From positions 1-42,044 of the forward strand of contig JAAYBY010000192.1 of assembly GCA_012729935.1 (NCBI GenBank): a stretch of 42,044 nucleotides of DNA. Direction: 5' to 3'. Shown here piece by piece: positions 25,855 to 36,466 of this stretch. This DNA is from Clostridiaceae bacterium (GTDB lineage Bacteria; Bacillota; Clostridia; Saccharofermentanales; UBA5734). The notes beneath the pieces were generated by a model. That model did not search any database. It was not told the DNA's origin and saw only the letters and a list, made by a program, of their open reading frames with translations. Both the position numbers and the translations under genes were made by a program. Numbering within the stretch: the stretch's first letter is position 1; the number at the start of each line of letters is the position of its first letter.

Positions 25855-26089
25855 ATATAAGATGACAGACCGGCAAGCGAAGCGAAGCAACCTGCCTGAA
25901 TAGCGGAGGGGTAGAGTCCGAACAGGAGGTTGTTGAAATGCTGAAATTCAGAAAAATTCTGGGTATTCTTGCTTCTTTGCTGGCAATGGTTCTTGCAACC
26001 GGCGCACATTGGAGAATTATCTGACACAGTCATAAATATTTCCGATCAAGAGATCGGAATTGATCAACAGCCGGTCTGTCATTTTATAT
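25855..26089. repeat. 20-nt inverted repeat (19/20 match, perfect 13-nt core ATGACAGACCGGC / GCCGGTCTGTCAT) bounding a 235-bp segment upstream of the HD-GYP gene
   Basis: The left arm 25855-25874 is ATATAAGATGACAGACCGGC. The right arm 26070-26089 is GCCGGTCTGTCATTTTATAT, its reverse complement with one mismatch. Confidence 0.9.
25938..26024 (+). CDS. Candidate small ORF (28 aa), hydrophobic and signal-peptide-like: MLKFRKILGILASLLAMVLATGAHWRII
   Basis: AGGAGG at 25924-25929 with an 8-nt spacer to the ATG, and a TGA stop at 26022-26024. An 8-bp hairpin TTCCGATC-AAGA-GATCGGAA follows at 26040-26059. It lies entirely inside the inverted-repeat-bounded segment. Confidence 0.45.
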   Translation: MLKFRKILGILASLLAMVLATGAHWRII

Positions 26090-26137
26090 AGATTTGCATC
26101 AGGTGATGCCATCGATTGGCAGGTGTGACATATAAAA

Positions 26138-27466
26138 ATGCGGAAACCAGCAGCGATCTATATTGCTTTTTGTATCCTGGCAGGTCTGGGATCGCTCGTT
26201 TTCCTAACGGTGCATGACTTCGAGATTTTGCGGACAATCTATCCCGGAGTCTTATTTTTTTCGATTCTGGGGGTCGTCGCTGAATCCCAAAGTCTGGCGA
26301 TTGACGAGAATAAGGCGATATCAATCGCATTTGCCATTGATATCTGTGCGTTGCTTCTTTTCGGACTGGCCGGTGCAGCCTGGGTTTCATTTTGTACTGC
26401 GTTTTTTTCCATCATGGATTTTGACCGCGGCAGAAAAGAACATGTACTGAACACGCCGCTTCACAAAAGCCTGATGAATGCTTCCAATTATATTCTGTCA
26501 ATTCTGGCTTGCGGCTGGATTTACCATGCCCTGGGCGGACGCTTCTTGATCGATGTCAATCCGCAGGGCCTTGATGCTACATTTCTTTACATTGTTCAAG
26601 TGCTTCCGATTATTTTAGTCGGATTGATCGTCTATGTCTTTGTCAATACGCAGACCATCATGATATATTTCTATTTCCAGAGCCCGTCAGGGATGAAAAT
26701 TGTTCGTGAGTGGTTTCAGATTTTTAAATGGTCAATTTTGAGCATGATCCTGATTGGTGCGCTGGGTGTCATCCTGACCGGTGTCTATCATGCACTTGGA
26801 TTTGTCGCGGTTCTGTTGTTTTACGCCCCGTTTATGCTGTTTCGGTATGCGTATGTCGGAATGACATCAATACAAAAAGGCTATATTGACACGATTCAGG
26901 CTTTTTCGGCCGCACTTGAAGCAAAAGATACCTATACGATCGGCCATGCACGACGCGTTGAAAGATACTGCGAGATTATTGCCAATGAACTGCATTTATC
27001 ACATTCACGCACAAAGGTGCTCAAATATGCGTCGCTGCTCCATGATATTGGCAAAATTGGCATACCGGAGGCCATACTGAACAAAAATGACCGGCTTACA
27101 GACGAAGAATTCGAGGAAATAAAAAAGCATCCGGTTATTGGTGCACAGATGCTTGAAGGCATTCAATTCCTGAAACGGGAGGTTCAGATCATTCGGGCTC
27201 ATCATGTACATTTCGACGGTCAGGGCTACCCTGCAGATGCGATTGAAGAAAGCAAACAGTTAGAGGCTCAGATTCTCTGTGTGGCGGATTCATTTGATGC
27301 GATGACCTCGGACAGGGCGTATCGGGCTGCGATGTCCTACGAAGAGGCTGTCGACGAACTGCTGCGTCATTCCGGAACGCAGTTTTCACCTGAGATTGTA
27401 CAAGCGCTGATTCGCGGTCTTGAACGGCTGCGGGCGAATGATCAGCTTGAAAGAGCTTTAAAGTGA
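26138..27466 (+). CDS. Membrane-bound HD-GYP domain protein (putative c-di-GMP phosphodiesterase) with a multi-TM N-terminal domain
   Basis: About 245 aa of hydrophobic helices are followed by an HD-GYP domain: GHARRVERY, LLHDIGKIGIP and HHVHFDGQGYP. Confidence 0.88.
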   Translation: MRKPAAIYIAFCILAGLGSLVFLTVHDFEILRTIYPGVLFFSILGVVAESQSLAIDENKAISIAFAIDICALLLFGLAGAAWVSFCTAFFSIMDFDRGRKEHVLNTPLHKSLMNASNYILSILACGWIYHALGGRFLIDVNPQGLDATFLYIVQVLPIILVGLIVYVFVNTQTIMIYFYFQSPSGMKIVREWFQIFKWSILSMILIGALGVILTGVYHALGFVAVLLFYAPFMLFRYAYVGMTSIQKGYIDTIQAFSAALEAKDTYTIGHARRVERYCEIIANELHLSHSRTKVLKYASLLHDIGKIGIPEAILNKNDRLTDEEFEEIKKHPVIGAQMLEGIQFLKREVQIIRAHHVHFDGQGYPADAIEESKQLEAQILCVADSFDAMTSDRAYRAAMSYEEAVDELLRHSGTQFSPEIVQALIRGLERLRANDQLERALK

Positions 27467-27497
27467 GCGATCATTTGAAAAGCAGTGGAGTGAGCCC

Positions 27498-28058
27498 ATG
27501 ATTCTGATTGTCTGTATCCTGGGTATTGGCGTCGGTCTCCTGACCGGCGGACGGTTTCAGAGTATTCTGCACAAGCGCTTTCGAATGAAACCGGTTCTTG
27601 TCTTGTCTCTTGTCTGTGAGTTGTTTCTGGCGTCGCCGGCCATTGATGACTGGCTGAGACAACTGAATTATCATCCGACAATACGTGTCTCAGCTGTCAT
27701 CGTTCAGTATGGGCTGATCATTCTTTTTTTAGCGGTCAATCGTATGAAACCCGGCTTTCTTCTGGTTATGGCAGGCAGTCTGATGAACGCGCTGGTCATG
27801 ATTGCCAACGGCGGTCAGATGCCGATTGGCCGGGTGATTCTGACGTTTGGTGAACAGGCGGCCGCAAAAATCGACCTGTCACCACACTATTTTCTGGCAT
27901 CAGGTACCGAACCTTTACTTTTTTTAGGAGATATCATTCCCTGCTGGATCTATATGATCAGTGTTGGTGACATTGTAATCAGCCTTGGCCTGTTTATTTT
28001 TGGCATCTATCTTCCGAAGAAAATAACACGGCAGAGGACGTTGCCTGACCATCGCTGA
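27498..28058 (+). CDS. Small polytopic membrane protein, probably DUF5317 family
   Basis: 186 aa with about 5 TM segments. The ANGGQMPIG and SVGDIVISLG motifs match my recollection of DUF5317. GGAGTG RBS, 31 nt after the HD-GYP stop. Confidence 0.55.
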   Translation: MILIVCILGIGVGLLTGGRFQSILHKRFRMKPVLVLSLVCELFLASPAIDDWLRQLNYHPTIRVSAVIVQYGLIILFLAVNRMKPGFLLVMAGSLMNALVMIANGGQMPIGRVILTFGEQAAAKIDLSPHYFLASGTEPLLFLGDIIPCWIYMISVGDIVISLGLFIFGIYLPKKITRQRTLPDHR

Positions 28059-29171
<1,113 letters not shown>

Positions 29172-29216
29172 GAGGTTCACTCAACTCGTTTTGGAGTTAT
29201 CGGGGAGGTTTCATAC

Positions 29217-30422
29217 ATGAATGTTCTGGTGATTAACGCAGGCAGTTCTTCGTTGAAGTACCAGTTTCTCAACGCACTGTCCGGCGATGTTCTGGCAAGA
29301 GGCAATGCTGAACGGATTGGTTTGAAGGATTCACTGATCAAGCATAGTCTCAATGGAGCACCTGCTATCAAGATCCCAGTCGATATGCCCAATCATAAAG
29401 TCGCCGTGCAGGCGGTGCTTTCTGCATTGACATCCGAAAAGCACGGCGTGATCAAGGATATGGATGAAATTGATGCTGTTGGACACAGGGTTGTCCATGG
29501 TGGTGAGAAGTTTGCATCCTCTGTTCTCATTACACCGGAGGTGAAGCGCGCGATTCGTTCATGCTTTGAACTGGCTCCGCTGCATAATCCACCGAACATG
29601 ACAGGTATTGAAGCGTGTGAAGAAGCCATGCCGGGTGTCCCTCAAGTCGCAGTCTTTGATACGGCTTTTCACCAGACCATGCCATCAAAAGCTTACATTT
29701 ACGCGCTGCCTTACGAACTCTACGAGAAGCATGGCATCAGACGATACGGATTTCACGGTACGTCTCACGCCTACGTGTCTCAGCGTGCTGCCGCGTTACT
29801 TGAAAAACCGTATGACAAACTGAAAATCATCAGCTGCCATCTCGGCAACGGTTCTTCGATCGCTGCGATCCGCTACGGACGCTGTGTTGATACATCCATG
29901 GGATTTACTCCGCTTGCAGGCATTTGCATGGGAACACGCTGTGGTGATATTGATCCGGCGATCGTCACCTTTCTAATGGAAAAAGAAAAGTTGGACCCGC
30001 ATGGTGTTGATAACCTGATGAACAAGGATTCGGGCGTGTTCGGGATCTCCGGTGTCAGCAGTGACTTCAGAGACCTTTATACAGCTGCCGGAGAGGGTAA
30101 TAAACGGGCTTCACTGGCTCTTGATCTGTTCAAATACCAGTGTCGCAAGTATATTGGTGCTTATGCCGCTGCAATGGGCGGTGTTGATGCCGTCGTCTTT
30201 ACAGCAGGAATCGGTGAGAATACAGTGGATATCCGGCAAGGTGCCTGTGAAGGGCTCGACTATATGGGTATTCAACTGGATCCATATAAGAACACCGCGG
30301 TTAAAAGCCGGGAAGCCGTCGTATCGACTGACGAATCACCTGTCAAAGTACTGGTTATTCCAACCAATGAGGAACTGGCGATTGCCCGCGAGACAGCACA
30401 AATCTGCGGTGCTCAAATGTAA
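29217..30422 (+). CDS. ackA: Acetate kinase
   Basis: [40 protein letters not shown] and IPTNEEL motifs. Confidence 0.97.
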   Translation: MNVLVINAGSSSLKYQFLNALSGDVLARGNAERIGLKDSLIKHSLNGAPAIKIPVDMPNHKVAVQAVLSALTSEKHGVIKDMDEIDAVGHRVVHGGEKFASSVLITPEVKRAIRSCFELAPLHNPPNMTGIEACEEAMPGVPQVAVFDTAFHQTMPSKAYIYALPYELYEKHGIRRYGFHGTSHAYVSQRAAALLEKPYDKLKIISCHLGNGSSIAAIRYGRCVDTSMGFTPLAGICMGTRCGDIDPAIVTFLMEKEKLDPHGVDNLMNKDSGVFGISGVSSDFRDLYTAAGEGNKRASLALDLFKYQCRKYIGAYAAAMGGVDAVVFTAGIGENTVDIRQGACEGLDYMGIQLDPYKNTAVKSREAVVSTDESPVKVLVIPTNEELAIARETAQICGAQM

Positions 30423-30483
30423 TTATATTAAGACATCGTGATGCCGGCTGCTTTTCCGGCCTCATGATTTGGGAGATCAAACA

Positions 30484-31920
30484 ATGAAAGAATCAGCAAA
30501 AAAAGTTGAAGCCATCACAGCGATGGACCAGGACTTTTCCCAGTGGTACACAGATGTTGTACTCAAAGCTGAGTTGATTGATTACTCAGCAGTCAAAGGC
30601 TGTATGATTTTGCGGCCTTATGGCTACGCAATCTGGGAGAACATCCAGAGCAGTCTTGACAGACGCTTTAAGGAATGTGGCCATGAAAACGTGGCGATGC
30701 CGCTCTTTATACCTGAAAGTCTTCTGCAGAAGGAAAAGGATCATGTCGCCGGTTTTGCACCAGAAGTTGCCTGGGTTACTCAAGGCGGTCAGGAAACATT
30801 GAGCGAGCGTCTTTGCATCCGCCCCACTTCAGAAACACTCTTTTGCGATCACTATTCACATGTGATCCAATCATGGCGGGATCTTCCCAAGTTATATAAT
30901 CAATGGGTTTCAGTTGTTCGCTGGGAAAAGACGACACGTCCGTTCCTCCGTTCAACAGAATTCTACTGGCAAGAAGGGCATACGGCGCATGCAACAGCCG
31001 ATGAGGCGGTTGCCGAGACCTTACAGATGCTCGACATCTATGCGGCGTTTTACCGGGATGTTCTGGCAATCCCCGTGATCAAGGGTAAAAAGACAGAAAG
31101 CGAAAAATTTGCCGGGGCTGTAGACACTTATACGGTTGAGGCGATGATGCACGATGGAAAAGCGCTGCAGTCAGCAACCAGCCATTATTTTGGTGATGGT
31201 TTTGCCCGTGCGTTCGATATTCAATTTGCTGATCAAAATAATCAACTTCAGTATGTTCACCAGACATCATGGGGTCTGTCAACGCGTTCAGTCGGAGCAA
31301 TCATCATGGTGCATGGAGACGACAATGGTCTGGTTTTACCACCTCGTGTCGCGCCTGTTCAAGTGATGATCATCCCGATTGCTGCCCACAAACCGGGTGT
31401 TATTGAGGCTGCTGAAACCTTAAGAACCGAACTTTCCCAGTCTTACCGCGTCAAAATTGACAGCAGTGACAAAATGCCCGGATGGAAATTCAGTGAGTAT
31501 GAGATGAAGGGCGTTCCGCTGAGGCTGGAACTGGGTCCCCGCGATTTGGAGAAAAATCAATGTCTGGCCGTTCGCCGTGATACCGGTGAGAAGATAGCAT
31601 TGTCTCTGGACACTTTAACGCAGTCTGTGTCTGCGTTGCTCGATGACATACACGAGAACTTGTTGAATAAAGCGCAGGAGCGTATGGACAGCCGTATTAG
31701 CTCTGCTGCAGACTGGGACTCGTTTGTCAGGCTGGTTGCTGAAAAACCGGGATTCATTCGTGCGCTCTGGTGTGGTGATCCCGCATGCGAACAGACAGTC
31801 AAGGATGAAACAGGGGCGACCTCCCGCTGCATACCGTTTGATCAGCAGCCGGCTGAAGGATTGTGTATCTGTTGTCAGAAAAAAGCCAAACACATGGTTA
31901 TCTGGGGCAAAGCCTATTAA
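30484..31920 (+). CDS. proS: Proline--tRNA ligase, archaeal/eukaryote-like type with no insertion editing domain
   Basis: About 478 aa from the ATG at 30484. [36 protein letters not shown], class II motifs, and a C-terminal Zn-type CxxC...CIxC tail ending in Y. Confidence 0.93.
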   Translation: MKESAKKVEAITAMDQDFSQWYTDVVLKAELIDYSAVKGCMILRPYGYAIWENIQSSLDRRFKECGHENVAMPLFIPESLLQKEKDHVAGFAPEVAWVTQGGQETLSERLCIRPTSETLFCDHYSHVIQSWRDLPKLYNQWVSVVRWEKTTRPFLRSTEFYWQEGHTAHATADEAVAETLQMLDIYAAFYRDVLAIPVIKGKKTESEKFAGAVDTYTVEAMMHDGKALQSATSHYFGDGFARAFDIQFADQNNQLQYVHQTSWGLSTRSVGAIIMVHGDDNGLVLPPRVAPVQVMIIPIAAHKPGVIEAAETLRTELSQSYRVKIDSSDKMPGWKFSEYEMKGVPLRLELGPRDLEKNQCLAVRRDTGEKIALSLDTLTQSVSALLDDIHENLLNKAQERMDSRISSAADWDSFVRLVAEKPGFIRALWCGDPACEQTVKDETGATSRCIPFDQQPAEGLCICCQKKAKHMVIWGKAY

Positions 31921-32948
31921 TCGTTATTCATCCGATAGCCATCCCAGGAAAATTCGGCGGCAGTCATTATTGTCCGGCCAGCCAGCTTCTTGAGCGGACC
32001 ATCACAGACTGGTGAAAAAATCAGATGTGTTGCCCAGAGCTGCTGGTGAGCCACTTTTTTCCCATCAGCCAGAAATGACCGGTTAAATTCGTTGCGGCCA
32101 TACTTGCCATCGCCGACGATCGGGTGACCAATTGATGCCAGATGTGAACGAATCTGGTGTGTTCGCCCGGTAACCAGCTCAACGATCAGTTCTGAGACAT
32201 CTTCATGATCGGGACCGACATTGTGAAAAATCCGGGTAATCTGATAGCACGTCTGGATTTTCAGGTCACCGGGCCTTTTTTGATCATGGATGTAGACGGT
32301 GCTTTGCCGTTCATCTTTTTCAAGCCAGCCGGTCAATTGCCGCATCGACGTTCCATCTGCGCAGCGGACAGGCGTTCCATGTCGGGGAATGCCGCGCACC
32401 AGGCAGGTGTAGCGTTTGATGACACGATTTTGACGCATCTGATCTTGAACTGAGCGGCAAAGGGTTGTGTTTCCGGCGATCATGATCAAGCCGCCCGTCT
32501 GTCTGTCCAGCCGATGGCACAGACACAGATCCGGATTGCGGCGCTCTTCCCGCAGCAGATCGATCAGCGTCGATTCATGGTGTCGGGCAGCAGCTCCGGT
32601 ATGAACGAGCAGCCCCGGTTTCTTTCTGCAGATCAGAACGTGTTCGTCCTCATAGTGTATGTCATATTTTCTGTCTGGCTGCTGTACCCTATCGGGAAGG
32701 AACATGACAACCTGATCGCCAGTAAAGACGACTGAGTCCTGGCGGAGCCGATGTCCGTTGACACGAATATTACGCTTGCGATAAGCCTGGTAGATCATCG
32801 GTGGCCGCAAATGGGTATAACGATTGAGAACAACACTGATCAGACGTTTGCCATTCTCACTCGCGTCAATTGTGAAGGTGAGTGGTTCTGCCAAAGAGGA
32901 TCCTGCTCCTTTCCCGATGAATGTTAATGTCGGGTTCATGTTCATCAT
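31917..32948 (-). CDS. RluA-family pseudouridine synthase with an N-terminal S4-like domain
   Basis: Catalytic motif [14 protein letters not shown], plus [13 protein letters not shown]. The stop codon overlaps the proS stop on the opposite strand (TTAA). Confidence 0.88.
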   Translation of the reverse strand: MMNMNPTLTFIGKGAGSSLAEPLTFTIDASENGKRLISVVLNRYTHLRPPMIYQAYRKRNIRVNGHRLRQDSVVFTGDQVVMFLPDRVQQPDRKYDIHYEDEHVLICRKKPGLLVHTGAAARHHESTLIDLLREERRNPDLCLCHRLDRQTGGLIMIAGNTTLCRSVQDQMRQNRVIKRYTCLVRGIPRHGTPVRCADGTSMRQLTGWLEKDERQSTVYIHDQKRPGDLKIQTCYQITRIFHNVGPDHEDVSELIVELVTGRTHQIRSHLASIGHPIVGDGKYGRNEFNRSFLADGKKVAHQQLWATHLIFSPVCDGPLKKLAGRTIMTAAEFSWDGYRMNND

Positions 32949-33077
32949 ACATGCTGTTCCGGGTGGATGGCAATGTTGTGAAGTAAATTAAAAACAGTCG
33001 GATTCCGTTCTTGCCCTACGATGATCATTGGGCTAAACTGGAAACAATCATGACTGGATCATTGGGAGGAAGACAGA

Positions 33078-34163
33078 ATGAGCAAGACCGTGATGGTCAT
33101 CTTCGGAGGTTCATCGCCTGAATATCAGGTGTCGCTTCAATCTGCCTGTAATATCATCAGTGCTTTACGCGAAGCAGCGTATGCTGTTGTCCGTGTCGGT
33201 ATAACGCAGACTGGCGGGTGGTACCGCTTTGAAGGACCAGATGATCAAATTAAAAATGATACCTGGCAGGACAGTGTGATACAACCGAAAAGCTGTAACG
33301 GCATCTGCTCACCCCGGGATTTTGTTGCATCCGTGTGTGGCTCCGTGCCTGACTGTATTTTCCCTGCTGTACATGGTGTTAATTGTGAAGACGGAGCGTT
33401 GCAGGGTTTTCTGACCTTGACACGAATTCCCTACGTTGGCAGCAAGGTGCTGGCATCTGCTGCCTGTATGGACAAAGCGCACACGCGCAGGCTGTTCCAC
33501 GAAGCCGGACTGCCTCAGTGCCGCTATACAACCGCGACGCGCAGAGAAATCCTGAACGATGTCGAGGCCATCAGCAGACACGTGGCCACGCATATTGGAT
33601 ACCCCTGCTTCTTGAAACCCAATAACGGCGGTTCTTCGATCGGAACACGACGCGTAGCTGATCCGTCAGAACTGCTTGATGGTCTTCAGTATGTCAGCCG
33701 ATATGATCCGGTTGTATTGATTGAGTCATTCGTTAAAGCCAGAGAAATAGAAGTCTCTGTACTGGGAGATGAAGCGCCGATTCTCGGTCTGATCGGTGAA
33801 ATTGTGACGAACCAGTCTGTTGACTATTACGACTACGATGCAAAATACGTAAACGCAGATGACGCAGCTGTTGTCATACCTGCCCTGCTTGATGATCGAA
33901 CAGAACAACTGATTCGCCGGTACGCGCTGACCGCATACCGGTGCGCCGGCTGCTCCGGCCTTGCCCGTATTGATTTTTTTATTGACCAGGCCGATGGTTC
34001 CGTTTATCTCAACGAAATCAACACGCTTCCGGGGTTTACAGCAATCAGCGTCTACCCGAAATCATTTACCGCGGCGGGCATGCCAATGCCGGAGCTGGTC
34101 AGACGTTTATGTGAAGATGCGATCCAGTATGAGAACGCACGTTCCAGACAGGAAATCAAATGA
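33078..34163 (+). CDS. ddl: D-alanine--D-alanine ligase
   Basis: VIFGGSSPEYQVSLQS, HGVNCEDGALQGFL, ATP-grasp motifs, and the C-terminal EINTLPGFT. GGGAGGA RBS. Confidence 0.95.
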   Translation: MSKTVMVIFGGSSPEYQVSLQSACNIISALREAAYAVVRVGITQTGGWYRFEGPDDQIKNDTWQDSVIQPKSCNGICSPRDFVASVCGSVPDCIFPAVHGVNCEDGALQGFLTLTRIPYVGSKVLASAACMDKAHTRRLFHEAGLPQCRYTTATRREILNDVEAISRHVATHIGYPCFLKPNNGGSSIGTRRVADPSELLDGLQYVSRYDPVVLIESFVKAREIEVSVLGDEAPILGLIGEIVTNQSVDYYDYDAKYVNADDAAVVIPALLDDRTEQLIRRYALTAYRCAGCSGLARIDFFIDQADGSVYLNEINTLPGFTAISVYPKSFTAAGMPMPELVRRLCEDAIQYENARSRQEIK

Positions 34164-35005
34164 CACAGGCATATGACAACAGACCCATCGGTGTTTTTGA
34201 TTCCGGTCTTGGCGGATTGACCGTCCTCAAGGACATCATGCAGCGGTTGCCCGCGGAAAACACACTCTACTTCGGGGATTCAGGCAGGATGCCCTATGGC
34301 AGCAAATCGGTTGAAACGGTGACGCGTTTTTCATTGCAGAATATGCGTTTCCTTCTTGATCAAGATGTCAAAATGATCGTCATTGCCTGCAATACAGCGA
34401 GTTCTCGCGCTTATGCAACCATTCGAAACAACAGCCCTGTTCCTGTCATAGAGGTCATAGAACCGGGATCTCGTGAGGCTGTCAGGCAGTCTGAAAATGG
34501 ACGGATCGGTGTGATCGGAACACAGGGGACAATAGACAGTCAAGTCTATATCAAAACCATTGAAAAACTTTCTGACAAGCCGGTTGAAATTTTCCAACAG
34601 GCTTGCCCGCTGTTTGTCAGCCTGGCTGAGGAAGGTTGGTGGGATCATCCGGTGACCCGGGATGTCGCCCGGATCTATCTGGAACCGCTGTTATCCCGTC
34701 ATATTGATGCACTTGTTCTCGGTTGTACGCATTATCCGCTGCTCAGCTCTGTTATTAAAAGTATTGCGGGCCCCTCTGTCCGCCTGATTCACTCAGGTGC
34801 AGCTGTTGCAGCTGTTATTGAACAGACGCTGAAGCGGACAGAGTCTCTGAATAATGGGCAAAAACCTGCTGTGCATGCATACTTTACCAGTGACAGCGTC
34901 AGACGGTTCCAGACATTGAGCAGTTTGTTTCTTGATCAGCCGATCACTGATATCCAGCACGTTGACATTGAGCAGTATAGCTGCGACGCGCTTCAGTCTG
35001 ACTGA
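34160..35005 (+). CDS. murI: Glutamate racemase
   Basis: IGVFDSGLGGLTV, IACNTAS and LGCTHYPLL (the two catalytic Cys motifs). The ATG overlaps the ddl stop (ATGA). Confidence 0.95.
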   Translation: MTQAYDNRPIGVFDSGLGGLTVLKDIMQRLPAENTLYFGDSGRMPYGSKSVETVTRFSLQNMRFLLDQDVKMIVIACNTASSRAYATIRNNSPVPVIEVIEPGSREAVRQSENGRIGVIGTQGTIDSQVYIKTIEKLSDKPVEIFQQACPLFVSLAEEGWWDHPVTRDVARIYLEPLLSRHIDALVLGCTHYPLLSSVIKSIAGPSVRLIHSGAAVAAVIEQTLKRTESLNNGQKPAVHAYFTSDSVRRFQTLSSLFLDQPITDIQHVDIEQYSCDALQSD

Positions 35006-35036
35006 GCGAACGTTTATCCGAAAGGAAACCTGATAT

Positions 35037-35468
35037 ATGGATTCAAACGTCCTTCTCACCATCAATGGCCGCCAGTGGAGCGGTCACGAGGAACCACAGC
35101 TGATTCGTCTGACGACGGAAGGTCAGCTGCTGCGGCTGAAAAAATTCTGGTCTATTGTCTATGACGAGAGTGATGCAACCGGCATGGAGGGAACCCGTAC
35201 CACCATTCAAGTTGAGGATGAGGGATCAATGATCCTGACTCGAACAGGATCACATGAGATGAGATTGACTTTTGAAGCGGGCAGCCGACACATCACGCGG
35301 ATGAATACACCCTACGGAGATCTTGATGTGAGTGTGTTCACCAGTATGGTCGAAAGTCAAATTGATGACTCCGGCGGATTTATTCACCTTGGATATACCA
35401 TTGATATCAATAATCAGGAGCAGCTGAATACGCGGCTGGACATCGAAATTAAAAAATCCGTTGTCTGA
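35037..35468 (+). CDS. DUF1934 (YwiB-like) beta-barrel protein
   Basis: 143 aa. The pattern YDES..G..GTRTTIQV.D...ILTRTGSHEMRLTFE......TPYG parallels B. subtilis YwiB as I recall it. Confidence 0.75.
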   Translation: MDSNVLLTINGRQWSGHEEPQLIRLTTEGQLLRLKKFWSIVYDESDATGMEGTRTTIQVEDEGSMILTRTGSHEMRLTFEAGSRHITRMNTPYGDLDVSVFTSMVESQIDDSGGFIHLGYTIDINNQEQLNTRLDIEIKKSVV

Positions 35469-35501
35469 TTCACAAAAATAGATGGGAGTTATCTGAAACA
35501 G

Positions 35502-35530
35502 TTGACAGGCAGGCACTTCTGTTAGATAAT
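35502..35530 (+). promoter_or_regulatory. Promoter of yceD-rpmF (TTGACA-N17-GATAAT)
   Basis: A perfect -35 TTGACA at 35502-35507 and GATAAT at 35525-35530. Confidence 0.65.
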
Positions 35531-35556
35531 ATTGTTCGCGTCTGTGGAGGTGAATC

Positions 35557-36063
35557 ATGCTGGTTGATATAGCACAAATATCAAATGGCCTGACAAACCG
35601 GATTGATCTTGAGATGATAATAGCACAAGAAGAATGGGCTGTGTCGTTTCAGGCGTTCAAGCTGGCGGGTGATGCTTCCTTCAGCGGTATGCTGCTGGCA
35701 GACGAGAACGGTGTCATAACCATCACCGGACACCTGAATGCTCATATTGTCAGCCAGTGCGCCAGGTGCCTTGTGTCTGTGCCGCTTGATCTGGTTCTGC
35801 CGGTTGATGAATGTTTTGAATGCATCGGACAGGAACGGCAGCCCGACAGTGACTGTTACAGTTATGAGCGGTCAACAATTGATTTGATACCGGCATTGCG
35901 GGATACCCTGGTATTATCGGTGCCACAGAGGATACTGTGCCACGAAACATGCAAGGGAATCTGCCCGGAGTGTGGTGTTGATTTAAACAAAGAGACATGC
36001 AGCTGTAGTAAGGAAGGTCTGAAACAGGACAACCCTTTCAGCCAGCTCAAAGAATTGTTATAG
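35557..36063 (+). CDS. yceD: YceD/DUF177 family protein (large-subunit ribosome assembly-associated)
   Basis: 168 aa with Cys clusters (CARCL, CKGICPECG). It sits in the conserved position immediately upstream of rpmF. Confidence 0.85.
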   Translation: MLVDIAQISNGLTNRIDLEMIIAQEEWAVSFQAFKLAGDASFSGMLLADENGVITITGHLNAHIVSQCARCLVSVPLDLVLPVDECFECIGQERQPDSDCYSYERSTIDLIPALRDTLVLSVPQRILCHETCKGICPECGVDLNKETCSCSKEGLKQDNPFSQLKELL

Positions 36064-36103
36064 GAATCATTGACTATTCCTCATAACGTACGGAGGTGTA
36101 AAA

Positions 36104-36286
36104 ATGGCAAATCCAAAACGAAAGTGGTCTAAAGCCAGAACAGGTCGTGCCCGTTCAAACTGGAAACTGAGCGTGCCGAAGCTGGCAGAATGTCCTCGGT
36201 GTCATACCCTGAAAATGCCGCATAAAGTCTGTAAATCATGCGGTTATTACAACGGCAGAGAAGTCATTGCAACCGAACAGGAATAA
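36104..36286 (+). CDS. rpmF: 50S ribosomal protein L32
   Basis: MANPKRKWSKARTGRARSNWKL.., and the Zn-ribbon CPRCH...CKSCG. Confidence 0.96.
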   Translation: MANPKRKWSKARTGRARSNWKLSVPKLAECPRCHTLKMPHKVCKSCGYYNGREVIATEQE

Positions 36287-36401
36287 ATCTGAAAGATCAT
36301 CTTGAGTGATGCCTGACAGAGAGCGGGTTTTTGAATCATACGACTGATGAGTCGATTGTTTCACTGCCGTTTAAAGCGTTATTATTCCAGATGAACGGAA
36401 T

Positions 36402-36435
36402 GCAGCGGGGATGACAGCATGCTCGCTGCTTTTTT
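36402..36435 (+). terminator. Intrinsic terminator after rpmF
   Basis: GCAGCG / CGCTGC stem with a 16-nt loop containing the palindrome AGCATGCT, then T6 at 36430-36435. Confidence 0.55.
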
Positions 36436-36466
36436 AGTTAACACGATGGAAGAAGGGAACCAGGAC

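Noticed and set aside
25855-26089. Interpreting the inverted-repeat-bounded segment as a MITE or IS remnant.
   Set aside because: There is no transposase remnant, and no convincing target-site duplication beyond ambiguous A/T-rich flanks. I cannot check copy number from one window, so this is kept as an alternative under the finding rather than called a mobile element.
24978-26137. A c-di-GMP (GEMM-I/II) riboswitch in the AT-rich regions flanking the 219-aa gene and upstream of the HD-GYP gene.
   Set aside because: I could not recognise the conserved GEMM tetraloop/receptor or pseudoknot signatures. Only short local hairpins and an (AGCGA)n-like micro-repeat at 25876-25889 are present. This was not verifiable without covariance-model scanning.
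33021-33067. A 10-nt direct repeat GATCATTGGG, present twice upstream of ddl.
   Set aside because: It is short and partly overlaps a plausible promoter (TTGCCC-N17-TAAACT) and the RBS. It is within chance expectation for a 42-kb window.
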